From assembly GCA_030141605.1 (NCBI GenBank), contig JAQGDQ010000064.1, positions 171,618 to 235,617 of the forward strand: DNA of 64,000 nt. The letters run 5' to 3'. This document shows, piece after piece, positions 12,550 to 24,340 of this stretch. The translations under genes and the position numbers were made by a program. Each line of letters starts with the position of its first letter. Position 1 is the first letter of the stretch. This DNA comes from Tubiluchus corallicola (lineage: Eukaryota > Animalia > Priapulida). The notes below the pieces were generated by a model that had not been told where the DNA came from, made no database searches, and saw only the letters and a program-made list of their open reading frames with translations.

Positions 12550-12865
12550 TTTCGCTGTGTTAGAACCCAAGACTCTGCTTTCCGAGCAGTTATGCCGGCT
12601 ATTATACCACAGACGTTCCTTGTCTTTTCAGACTTAGAAATTTTCGCTATAAGCTACTAATGTAAAAGGTGGAGCTACTAAGCTACTATTCTGTCAACGG
12701 GTAATCATAGGACACTCTGTATTAAGACATAGTACAAAAGTAATCGTATAAACGCACGCAAGCAATACTAAATTACGAAGTCTGCAAAATTTTTCTTCTC
12801 TCCTAGGACTTGAACACAAGACCTTTCGCTTTATAGGTATCTATGCTGACTTACAATACCTGGAT
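12550..12865 (-). mobile_element. Two tandem degenerate tRNA-derived units (SINE heads or tRNA pseudogenes)
   Basis: Minus strand 12550-12618 reads tgtggtataatagccggcataactgctcggaaagcagagtcttgggttctaacac. Minus strand 12795-12865 reads ggtattgtaagtcagcatagatacctataaagcgaaaggtcttgtgttcaagtcc. Both have A-box/B-box-like motifs at tRNA spacing and align to each other. Confidence 0.55.
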
Positions 12866-12947
12866 TATATAAACTGTTGGGTGCTTGAAAAATTTGTGTG
12901 CTTAATTACTCTAATTTCTCTGCGTAAATCTATAGCTTTAAAGAACA

Positions 12948-13340
12948 ATATGCCTTTTTACAGTTCCTGCGATTGATGATGATCGTGAAAAGGTCAAAAG
13001 TTAAGTCAACCTAACAACGTTATCGAACCAAACAGCGCATTTGTTTACACTTGACAATGCGTCGCAGCCCATGCTATTGCAACAGTAACAGTTTTAACAG
13101 CTAGCTGGAGCCTTACTTAGTTCATTTTTTCTTGTTCCCAAGTAAGACCCAGCTAGTAAATCATTCTGCATCGCACAGACTAAAGTATAATTGAGTAAAG
13201 TCCACGTAAAACAACAAGGAAAAGACGCTGCAACTGTAGTTACTGAACTGATGCAACGGACGGCTTTGTTTTACCCACATGTCACGTGCTAGTTGTAGTT
13301 AAGACTGGGGTTCGCAGCAACTGTCTTTGAAAAAACTTAT
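12948..13340. mobile_element. MITE copy 2 (same family and orientation as 10911-11303)
   Basis: Shared blocks cgattgatg..g.tcgtgaaaaggtcaaa.gttaagt, agtaacagttttaacagctagct, tttttcttgttcccaag, agtaaagtccacgtaaaaca, ttactgaactgat; right end degenerate. Confidence 0.85.
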
Positions 13341-14805
13341 TCAGTAACTAATACAAAACAAAACAAATAATAAATAAAATAACTTTGCTTGCTGTTTGCA
13401 AGAACAGAGCTGGAAAAGAGGTACATTGATGTCACAACCAAAATTGATTGAATTATTGTATCTGGTGAAACTTTTGTTCCACTTACTTGGCCTTTCAGTC
13501 GTTTTATTTTTCAGTTTCACCAAAGGAAATTAAATTTAAACGGTGAGCTGGAAATCTTATTTTCAAAACAAAATGAAATCAGCACCCAAATAATTACGGA
13601 ATCTAAATTTTGTTAATGTGGAAATGGCGTCACTGGTAATGATTTTTTGGCCCAATCGACTGTTCATGTGCTATCAGGTGCACATTTTCAGATGCAAGCC
13701 AAAATTTAATGTTTTCCGATTATACATCGTTTTTCACGCGATTAGATGAGGGGAAAAATTGAATGTATAGTTGACATTCTACAATACCATTAGTATTATC
13801 TGTCCAACCTATATCGGATTGAGTGTCGCGGAGGAATTGCGTAAATTGTATCCTATAAGTTTATAATAACATCATTGTGTATTCAAGGTTTGTACGTCTG
13901 CGTCTGCGGCTTCGTGTCTGATCGATCAGTGGCTGCTCACACGAGTAAAGAGCACAGCAGCAAGTTCCATGGATTAGGCATTGCAATGTTCGCGAATAAT
14001 TGTGACACGCATGTTAAAATAATGGACATTTTTGTGAAAAGCTTTACAACGTTGCATTAGATGATAAATATCAAATGTTGAGTGGTAGTGAGTGTCATCG
14101 GTTGGTGTTAAAAGTGTTAAAAGCGCAGCAGGTTAATATGTGGTTACTGGAGTAAACTGTGATCTGCAGTAATTGGTAATGAAGGATCGTACGAGAAAAA
14201 AGTGTTGCTTTACTGTAATTGCTATAGTCTGTGCGCTGACGATGAAATTCTATCACATTTATTGGTTTAATTAATACTGCTGTAAATTTCTAATGATTTT
14301 TTCTGAAAACCTGTTGGATATGTTTACTTTCAACTACATGAGAGCGGAGCCCCGTACTCACAAAATTTAGGAAAAGTACGGTAACTCAAAATGTAATTCA
14401 ATAAAGTAACAAAACCAAATCTGAGACTCAGTACATTTAGCTAGATGATTTGTGAATAATCAGTATTGAAAAGTATAAGGCCAGTGTCTCCTACTCCCAC
14501 GTTAATAAAGTTTCGATTTTGGGTGACGATTAAGTTTTTCTTCTACACGTGATTGTAGATGTCAGTCGCAAGTTTATTAAAGCGGTTTAAACTGTTTTGC
14601 GATCTTAAGTATGAAGACCCATTTTGACAATTGATTCAAATCTTTTTGCTTTTTATTATTTGTCTCCATGTTCAGCGTCTAACAACTTCCACGCTGTGTT
14701 TTTAATTTTGTCAACTACTTCCTAGGCTTTTTGCATGTACACGTAATACGATTTACGTACTAGATACAAGTCATTCATGATATTAGTTATTTTGGTATTA
14801 AAAGT

Positions 14806-15014
14806 GGGTAGGAGTTTACAATTCCTTACAAAGTTTAAGTACCCTAATTCTAACCCTAAACCTAATTTCTAATCCTAACCTCAACCCTAACCCTAACTAT
14901 ACTCTCAACCCAGCCCTAACCCTAACCCTAATTCTAATCTAATACTAATCCTGACCGTAACCCCTATCCGCTTCATGAACTAATTTCTTGTGTGGGGGAC
15001 TGTAAACTTTAACC
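14806..15014. mobile_element. MITE with internal telomere-like (CCCTAA)n tract
   Basis: Left agtttacaattccttacaaag versus reverse complement of right agtttacagtcccccacacaag; degenerate aaccct/ccctaa repeats at ~14843-14966. Confidence 0.7.
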
Positions 15015-16834
15015 AAAAAGTGTAATATTTTCAACAAGCGAGTTATTACTTCCAAATTTATGATGAAAAATGAGACAACTAACTTCGCAATAGTGAATCG
15101 ATGCCTGCTTAATTATGACAGATTCAAACATCTCGTTGTCAAAGCAGTGTTAGGCTCCAATTTTTTTGCAAGTCGTAATATTTAATGCATCAAAGTTGTA
15201 CAAAGTCGGTTATATTCTCAGTCCTGACTATCTTCTTTATCTGTTAAATAACGTAGTTTTGTTCTAAGAGGCTTTTATAAAACACTCAGAGAAGCGGCAC
15301 CCCACTAAACGTGACGTCATTACGCTAGAACATTTTCTTCAGACGATGTAAGGATAAGCTTGGCGTCTGATTCATCAGTTTTAAGTCAATAGTAGGTTGT
15401 TTTGAACTCGACTAGGAAAATAAAACAAAAAGGAAAGACAAAACAATATGGCTCGACGGTGATTTGAAGGTTTTCCCGAAGTCTTCCACAATAAAAATAT
15501 CGCTGGCAAAGCTACAGACTAGCAATGGGCGTTGCACACCAGCACTGACCAGTTTTCTAAATCCAGAAAATGATTACAGTCATCTGGATTTTCCTCAGAG
15601 CTGCATCCTTATGGACGCCTTTATCAAAATCGTGTTTTTTCGACTATAAATTAATTTTGGACAACAAAGATAATGTCACTCTTAGTCTGTTTACCATTGC
15701 AAACTGCGACGAATTTCGTAATTCTATGAAATTTACATTGCACATTTTTAGCACTTTTTATCAACTTCTCTTTATCTTGTAGTTCCTCATCCAGGATTGG
15801 TGTTTGAGGATATGTTTTTAGAAAAAGGTGATGCTTATCTTAAATCTGCACCTTTTACAATGTATCTTGAAAAGGTGACTATTGAAGTATTAAAGATGAA
15901 GACCAGAATATTTCGGCATTAAGCCAGCAAGAACAGCTTAAATCGGCTGCAAGAGCTGCAAGAGTAGCATTAGCTTCACTGGCCTGGGCAAGCTCCAACA
16001 TTTGCTCAACTGATTAGAAACAGAATTTCACTGATATTATGAGCTATACAGTTAACTCCAAGGAAACCAGGGTCTATGTGGAGTGTTTGCAAAGCACATT
16101 TAACTTTACAGCTAAAGACATTAATCTTGATTCTAACCAGTGTTGCTCTTTGAGAGAAAACTGGGATGTAAATATATTTTAGTTTATAAATTTAAAGTTT
16201 CTAAAAGCTATCTCCTGATTAGTCTACCGTTGGAAAAACAAGTGTGGAAGCGAATTATCTTATTGGCACATTATCTAGCGATGTCACTTTAAAATATTTT
16301 GTGATGGGTGGATAGAAAAAAGTAAGCATCACTAGGTTCAAAAACATCTAGACAAGACTGTACATTGTTATTTTAAAACACATTTCAAGAGTTGGTCATA
16401 TGTTACATGTGGCGTTATTATTAAAACTAGTATAACCCGAAACAATGGCAATGTGATACTTGTATTATAAGTTTAAATACTTCTCTGCACCTTATTATTT
16501 CGACTCTCCTTCCTTTAAGAAAAGACGCTTATTTACAAAACTGCCTTCACCGTTTTGCTGTTGTTCATTATGTAGTGAAGAAGCAAGACAAATTTCCTAA
16601 ATCGCTATACGTGCCTAAAATATCAATTGGTAACTATTCACTACACAGTGACCCGCAGGGAAAGCCGATACGTATTGATTTTGTTTCATGTTTTCTAAAT
16701 ACGACGCCGGTATTTACCTCTTCACCCCAATTTTCAAAAGAGCTTTGCAAAAAAGAATCCAGTATGGACAATGCATACTTATTTTGCCGATGCAGTTTAA
16801 ATTTCTTGTTAAATATTTTACCTGTACCTGTATA

Positions 16835-16920
16835 TCATCATCATCATCATCGTCGTCGTCGTCATCATTGTCATCGAATTCGTCGTCATCATTGTCATTC
16901 TCATTGGCATTGTCACTGTG
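16835..16920. repeat. Degenerate (CAT/CGT)n microsatellite
   Basis: Direct inspection; gives the H/R/S-rich ORFs. Confidence 0.9.
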
Positions 16921-19680
16921 ATCGCCATATGTTTGCTGTAACCACTATACCAGTGTTCACTAGTGTCGGTGATCTGTACAGCTGCACATCATCTGCAGCA
17001 GCAAGTAATTCAGCTTTACTGACTACTGAAAAACTATACTCTTAATTGTACTAATTAACAGAGCAATAATTTCATCATGTGAGTGGATTGACTGTCATTG
17101 CAGACTTTATGGCTATGTTAGCGAATTTTCGTCGCTGAAAGAAGCTACCTGCGGTGTTAATGAAGCCAGATACGTGAATGTTCAGCTGTTAGGCTAATAT
17201 ATGAGACACATCAATTTGAGGCTACGATGTGTTGCGTGACAGCGATTATTGTTTTTATAGTGGTTTATAGCGCCAATAATGTCAAATTATCATTATTTGG
17301 CGCTCCCATGTTCGAATACTGTCACTATCATTAAGTCTTACTACTGTACATGTTGAATCATTGCTGATGAGATATATTAGGCTTAGTGAAACAACTAAAA
17401 CCATTGTTTTTTCGCTCTTTTATTCACGAATGTTTAAATCGATCAGTAGTAGTTTTAACTGGAGTAGCAGTTTTGGTTACTCGCTTGCGAAGGTAACTTT
17501 ACACAGAAGTCCGTTTCGCCGTGATTTTGTTCGCTGCTCGTGTACCAAACTTTTGTCATTGTCAGTTTTTAATATTGCGATGTCACTACAGTGTTACTCG
17601 CTATTCCAATTTTAAAAAAAAAACGGATTACAAAAACAAACAAAATTGACAATGGTATATGGCGTTCTAAATGGCATATTCACAAAAATGGATTCCATGA
17701 CAACTAACTGATTGTTGGACAGAAAAAACAATAAGCGAGTCACCCAGTGTTTGCATTCTGACTTAGTTCAGAGAATTATAAAGATAAAGCGACTTCTTGA
17801 TGTTCGTGTTTCCTTTTGTGAGACGTTTTACGTATTCCGTTATATTCGCCAAGCAGAGCTCCTAGAATCCGTTGTGAATCAAGTTCCCAGCTTGATTTGA
17901 TTTCGATTGCAGGTCGTGATGCGCTTCTAGATGAATGATATACGGCGTTTGTGGTTCAAGGTGTGTCAAAACGGAGTTTGGTCAAGGGGGTTTATCGAGT
18001 CATTATATTTTTACTAACTTTGTAAAATTTCATTACAGTGAGCCATCACACTTATGAATACGACTGCTCTTTTTATCATTTTTCTTTTTTAATAAGCCGT
18101 TCGACAACCGGCATTACGCCGAGACGGCATTAGTTCTCAAATATAACATCGACCCTGACATACCGCTAGGACTAAGTGATCAAACACGCTGAAACAACTG
18201 AAAGTAGTTAAGTTGATCTCAATTCTCAACTGAAATTAAAATGTATTAACTAGATTCCTCGATTTTCCTGATTTAAATTAGAATATTTATGGGACAGTTT
18301 ACTGGTCGAGCATGGCATCGGATCCGCGCCAATGCTGATAACACAAATATTATTCAGTTTCTGATAACGCAAATATTATTAATAGTAAATTGTGGTTACC
18401 AAGTGGTTCTCGTTGCCAAGGAAAAGGGAAAAAGACGGGTGGACAAATACACACGTAGATGTTTTCACTTCATGTATAAGTCACAGTGTAAGGGTGAATA
18501 AAAATGCTCTTTGCCTCACACGTGTAGAAGACAAAATTTTATTTGCTCTAACTGCAAGCTTGCTGCCACTTTTATTACTGCCATTGTTATTCTATGATAT
18601 TTTCTGTTGCGCCACATTAAACGCTTTTCTTGAAATATTGTTCCCCCGCTGCCTCGAGCTAGCGACATAATACAGGAAAAATTCATTCCTCTGCCTAACA
18701 ATCTCAAGTCTCGGAGGCATTCAAATATTAACCAGTCGAAAGCAATTAACTAACGTGCACAAAATGTAAAAGCGCATTAATTTTTGCGCGAAGCTATAGT
18801 GGCGGTACACAATAAACCGGAATGTGTGCACTGTCGTAATAGTGTTTCTTCCTGCAATGCAGCTTTCCATGTGCGAATTTTATTGCACCTGTCACGGCTT
18901 CCCAATATTAAATAATTTGCGCATTTTCACAGATGCATTTCAAATATTTCAAAACAATGCTAAACAGAAGTGGTCTGCAGTCCTTGGGGGAACCGCTTTT
19001 TAATATCCGTTGCCAGTTAAAATAAAGAGGTTTCGGCTCTTTCAATTTCATTCTACGGCCGTAGGTTTGTATATTTTTCTGTGATAAAAAGTGTTTAGGG
19101 AATTACTGTACTTTTATTCTTCTACTAGTAAACAACTAAGTAAAGAGTATGGTAACAGATACGACTGTTACTGTTTTGGTGGCTTCGCTCTCATTGAAGA
19201 TTCTGGCTTTCCTAGGAGAACTGGGATGATTTCTTTTTATCAACTGCGACGTTTATTGCATTACGTTTGTTGAATTCTGCTGGTAAAACGACCGAGACAG
19301 TCCAGTAATAAAAACGTTAAAAATGTGTCAAGATGGCAAGACGAATAAAGTAATGAAACGTACAGAATGGCCTAGTGTAGCAGAAGCTAGTGTGTGCTGA
19401 TTAGAAAGGGTTTGCTGAGAAAAGTAGCCAATAATGTTCAGCACGGGTGATCTTCTTATTCCTAAAAAGATTCCTGGATCGGAAGGAGTTGTGACGCCTG
19501 CAATACTGTAAGTTACTTAATATTTTTAGCACGATGCAAATTTTTATTATGATAATGCACATTTCCGATGAAACGTTACGAGAATATTTATATTTTAAAG
19601 TGATAAGCGATTATACTACATGCGCCCAATGACGGTTCCATGAAAGAATAAAGTTGCCAGTACGTCACACAATTTTGGCG

Positions 19681-20232
19681 GGTAGACTCGTTTCCCAGAA
19701 AAGTTTTTTCCCAAAAAAATTTTTTGCCAAAAAATTTTCCCGGCAAAAAACTTCACAGAAAACTTTTTTGCCAAAAAATTTACTTCCCAGAAAAAGTTTT
19801 TCACAGAACAGCCATTTCCCAGAATTTTTTTCCCGAGCCGCCATTTGCCAGAAAATAAAATTCACAGAGAATGTAATAAATCCTTTTTAAAGCGCAATTA
19901 GATGGTGCGAAATGAAAAGTAGTTTATTTTAACTACGTGTGTTGATTAATACCGCTTATATGATAAAAATTTGGTCAATTCATTAAGCGAATTATTTCGC
20001 TGATTTAGGGAGAATGTACATGCATCTGACTGTGAATGTGAAAACATTGAAAGCAGTGAGTTGCAATGCGCGGGCAAAATGTCAACATGCGTTAAGCGCG
20101 CTAAAAGTGCGGCACATTGTGACAGTCTGCTGTGCTCGATACAGTGCATCATTTTCAATGATTCTGATAGTCCTCTTAGTTAAAATGCTGTAAATTAATT
20201 AGAAGCAGAAATAAAGACGGAGAGAAAGAGCG

Positions 20233-20310
<78 letters not shown>

Positions 20311-20608
20311 GGAGAGAGAGTGAAGGGAAGTACAGGGATAGAGCGGGAGAGAGAGATGACTGGAGACAGATAAGGAGACAGAGAAGAAGATAGGAAGAGA
20401 GGGAAAGGATGAGAGGGAGTAAGGAGGAAAGGAGGGAGAGGTAAACAGAAAAAACGAAGACCTTTGTCCTACTAAAATAGTAGATCTTGCAACCATGATT
20501 TTTCTCGTAAAAAATATTTCTGGTAAATACTTTTTCTGTGAAACGAGTTTTCTAGGAAAAATATTCTGTAAAAAAAGTCTTCTGGGAAACTTTCTGAGAA
20601 ACGCACCT
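19681..20608. mobile_element. Foldback-type element with arms of ~15-bp tandem motifs (ttcccagaaa...) and internal (GA)n
   Basis: Left arm (19681-19870) starts ggtagactcgtttcccagaaa and repeats ttcccagaa/ttcacagaa/ttgccaaaa. Right arm (~20500-20608) repeats ttctgtgaaacgagt/ttctgggaaac/ttctgagaaacg in inverted sense. Confidence 0.75.
20234..20320. repeat. (GA)n microsatellite with downstream purine-rich degenerate tract
   Basis: Direct inspection; the purine-rich tract extends to ~20450. Confidence 0.95.
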
Positions 20609-22724
20609 AAGCCAAATAGAAATGCCCACTAAAGGATGCGTTTTTCATATTGTTCTTTTCTGGTTCTTGGTTATTAGGTAGTAATACCGCAAACACTACG
20701 TGGTTTTTGCTGCATGATTGATGCCCAATGCGCAAAATGATGGGTTTTACTTTTATTATTTGTCGCATAAATAATGTAAAAGTATAGCGCGCAACATCGG
20801 GATACCATAGCACGTTCTTTTGTGGAAACCAAAATGTAACTTAAAAATTGCAACTTAAGTTAACATACCATTTTGCAGAGTAATAATACTAAGTCTTTAA
20901 AGCGTGTACGATGCACCTTATGGAAAGGCCAAGCCGTCTGAGAAGTTAGGCTTATTTCAATATGCACGAAAAATGTTAGAAAAGTCTTATAAGAAAAGTG
21001 TGATAAACGCCTCGTGTAATCAGTAAAATCACTTTAAAGTCGCTATTATTTCATGCTTGAGCACTGCCATTTTCAACGCCCATTCTTCCACCAATTACGT
21101 CGTTCATCAACTGAAAAAAGCAGCGCAATTTCCGTCAAAACTATCAACCGTTTTTACAAAAAAATAGATAGTTAATTTTGTGATATTTTTGCATGAACAT
21201 TAGATAAATTGCAGAAGTTGGAATTATTTTAAGCAGCACGCGCTTATGGAAAGCCACGATCTGTTTACGAGAAGTCAAGAAACCCACTAATTCCGTCATA
21301 ATTTTCAAGTGAATGGCGGCTACAACCGTACCTGAAAATTTCTATGCAACGATAACATTAAAATAAACCCGACACGCTAAGTGACTTTTTCTTTCCTTCA
21401 TTTACAACTTTTGCTTATATACTTTTTCGTTATTGCTAATGTGGCTTAATTTTTCACAGTGTGATAGAACTGCTACAGAGACAGAACTGCTAGAGTCAAA
21501 AATTTCCGGAGTATCTGCAACGACAATTACAATATTATATGACAACCCAACAAACCGTTTTGATAGACAGTAATGTTTATTAAAATGATGTCGTCTTTAT
21601 TTGATCATTCTGACATGACAACGTTATTTTATTTCTCCGTTTTATTTCCCCAGAGAGGTGGACAGTCTTGCAAACTTTCCCATTACCTTTACGCAGACTC
21701 GTTTGCATTGCGTGCAAGCTTTTCGTTTGCCGTATTTGGCTCCAAATGTATGCCTGCTACTGTAAAAGCCGTGGATAATCTAATTCTGAATGAAAATGAA
21801 TCGTCTGCAGGGCAGCCATGCATGTGGTTTTACTGTAAAGTGCCTCGCACCGGCAACACTTAACCAGAATAATACTGATTTGTGATGCGTCGCAAACCTA
21901 ATGTTATAGACTTGTACCTTATGTACATATTGAAGCCAAATAAGCTAGGATAATGTAACAATTAGCTTGCGTTCAAGCTCATTATCTTTGGCAAATAACA
22001 TTGCAAGGCGGATTCACGATTCACAATTATTGGGATTTCTGTCACAAGTTCTATAGTTTCGTTTTGAATTAGAATGTAACGAGTGTCGTCAGCAATTAGG
22101 AAATTAGGGAATTCGTTTATTTTTCACCTGTTAGTAAGAAATATTAGTACAATGTCAAAAAATTGAAACAAAATGTATCAGAATATTAATGTTCATTACT
22201 ATATATAAGTTAAGAGTTCAATAGCGTAAAATAAACGGTTTGTTTTTTTAAACAAATTGGCCAGCCGGAATTCAAACACTCGCCGACAGGACTATCTAAT
22301 GTAGATGGCGTGGCAGAACCAACACCTAGTTATTATCAAGGATACTTCCATGAAACACTAAACATGGATTTGTCTGCATTCTCTCGCAAACAAAGTAAAT
22401 AGCAGCGCAGTAAAACCACCTAGGGGCAGTTATGCGGGCTGTTATCCGTTCAATTTACCGACCAGGCTTAGTGACGCTTAATTTCGTTCGCCAAACGCAA
22501 ATTTTGAATACCTAGTATTCTCTGAATCTTAAAATGAAATAATTTGCCTCTACAGCTACATGGTTTAAGACATCATAATAAGTATTTGCGCTAATTTTGA
22601 CACTTCTTCATACAGAATATTATTCTTGCTTGCATGGCTGAACGTTTCTACAACAGTGTTTGATATTTGAGAAAATCCGCTATTTTTATTATCTCCCTTA
22701 ATTTGCCCCAATGACTGTTCTAGT

Positions 22725-23045
22725 TGGAGTTGCTATTGCTGCAACTATGTTGCTGCTCTTCTTGCTATTGCTGCTACTGCTGTTTCCTTCTATATTACTC
22801 CTGCCGCAGTTGCTGTTATTGCCATTGTCATTGCGACTGTTGCCGCTGTTGCCGCTGGTAGCGTTGTACGTGTTTTGCTATCGTCATCTTCGTAGTTATT
22901 GTCCTCACCATAAACCTTATACCTTGTCCTTTCTTGTTACTGTTGTTGCAATTTTCGTGTCTTTGTTGCTATTACTGCTGCTGCTAGCTCGTCAACAAGG
23001 ATCTGCCATTCTTGATTGTCCTATTTGCTGCTATTTCTGCTACTA
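22725..23045. repeat. Degenerate (TGC/TGT)n trinucleotide tract
   Basis: ttgctgctactgctg/ttgccgctgttg periodicity; explains the poly-Leu ORF 22711..23046. Confidence 0.75.
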
Positions 23046-23138
23046 AACTTTAAAATATCAACAAAAGAAAACTGGAAGGCTTCCTCAGACCGGAAATTAT
23101 GTGTTTTTGTTTTGCTTGAAGTTATTAACTGTGAATGT

Positions 23139-23420
23139 AGATAAAAATGGCGGGTAAATCATGGCACAACAAATGTGACGCAGAATAAATGGCGCAAAAG
23201 GAAATAAAGGAAAAATTAGCACTTTACTTTAACCTTGACACACATAACCTTGAGTCCCTACCCGGTAGCTGATTGTAACTCTGCAAGGCGATGCTCCAAA
23301 TAAATTTTAGTGAATTTTTCCAATTGTGTTGTTTTTTCCTAGGCCATATTTACTGTGTTATTATTACCCGTGCCATTTTTACCTGTATCATTTTACTTGT
23401 ACCATTCTTATGGCCCACCA
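23139..23420. mobile_element. Foldback/MITE copy 2 (same architecture as 10080-10301)
   Basis: Left arm aaaaatggcg/atcatggcac/ataaatggcgc/aaattagcac; right arm gtgccatttttacctg/gtatcattttac/gtaccatt; degenerate taacct core. Confidence 0.65.
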
Positions 23421-24340
23421 TCAACAACTGCAACTCACTGTGGTCTTTCTTCCACACATGCAAATATTGCAAAATAATTGCTTCTACGAAACGTAAAACA
23501 TGTGCTTGTCATTCTGCATGTTAATTCATTAAATGCATCTAGGGGTCCATCAGTCCAACTTAGAAAGTAAGTGCTCTCTTTAATGGAGAAAACAACTTTA
23601 ATAGAGGTAATGAAAGAAATGCAGATATTTTATAAATTTCTTGGAAAATCAAAATCTACAAAGTTGAAGTAGAGGAGGTGCTGATAACTGAAGGAAACGT
23701 TTTTTAGACGACATCTAACAGTCTTCTAGCCAGTCCCAGTCTGAGTCCGCCTCTTCATCCATGCAGAAAATTATTACATCTTTGCAAAAGATTAAATGGG
23801 AAAAGATTAAATTCTTAAACTATTACAGCGAGATTGTCTACAGAGTGAAGCCGTTTCGTAGAACTTTGCTCTATCAGGAAATGCAAATGCTGAACTGGAA
23901 GAAGCAAACGATTCCCATCTCATTTACATAAACAGAGGAAAAATTCTAACTCACGTCGTCATTTAATTTGACGCCAGGTAATGTCATTCCCAAGTTTTTG
24001 ATTTTGAGCTTCTCAAAAGTTTTCTTGCTATTTTTACTTAATTATCTAGCATTCGTTTTATTAAAGTAATCTACTATATCGTAAGCTCCTACCCATCTAC
24101 TATGTCAGTCATATCAGTCACATTAGTTTTCACGAATGACCTCAAATGAAATCTGAAATGTCAGGAACTATGTCGATTTCTGAGATTTCGCGTGGGAATC
24201 TCCCAGTCGCAAAAACCCAGAGGAGCAATAGCTCCAGTGAAACATTTGGTGCAGTTTGCACATGTCACCAATGTGTTGACAATATGTGGTAGATAACAAA
24301 AAATTAATAACCGTTTCATAGGAGGAAAATTAGGAATATA

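Noticed and set aside
14843-14966. True telomere or chromosome fusion site
   Set aside because: Short, degenerate, single orientation and enclosed by TIRs; better explained as MITE internal sequence.
16575-17045. 156-aa ORF
   Set aside because: Kept open by a CAT/CGT microsatellite; the rest has no recognisable similarity.
22711-23046. Leu-rich signal-peptide-like ORF
   Set aside because: Degenerate TGC/TGT trinucleotide repeat; no other coding evidence.
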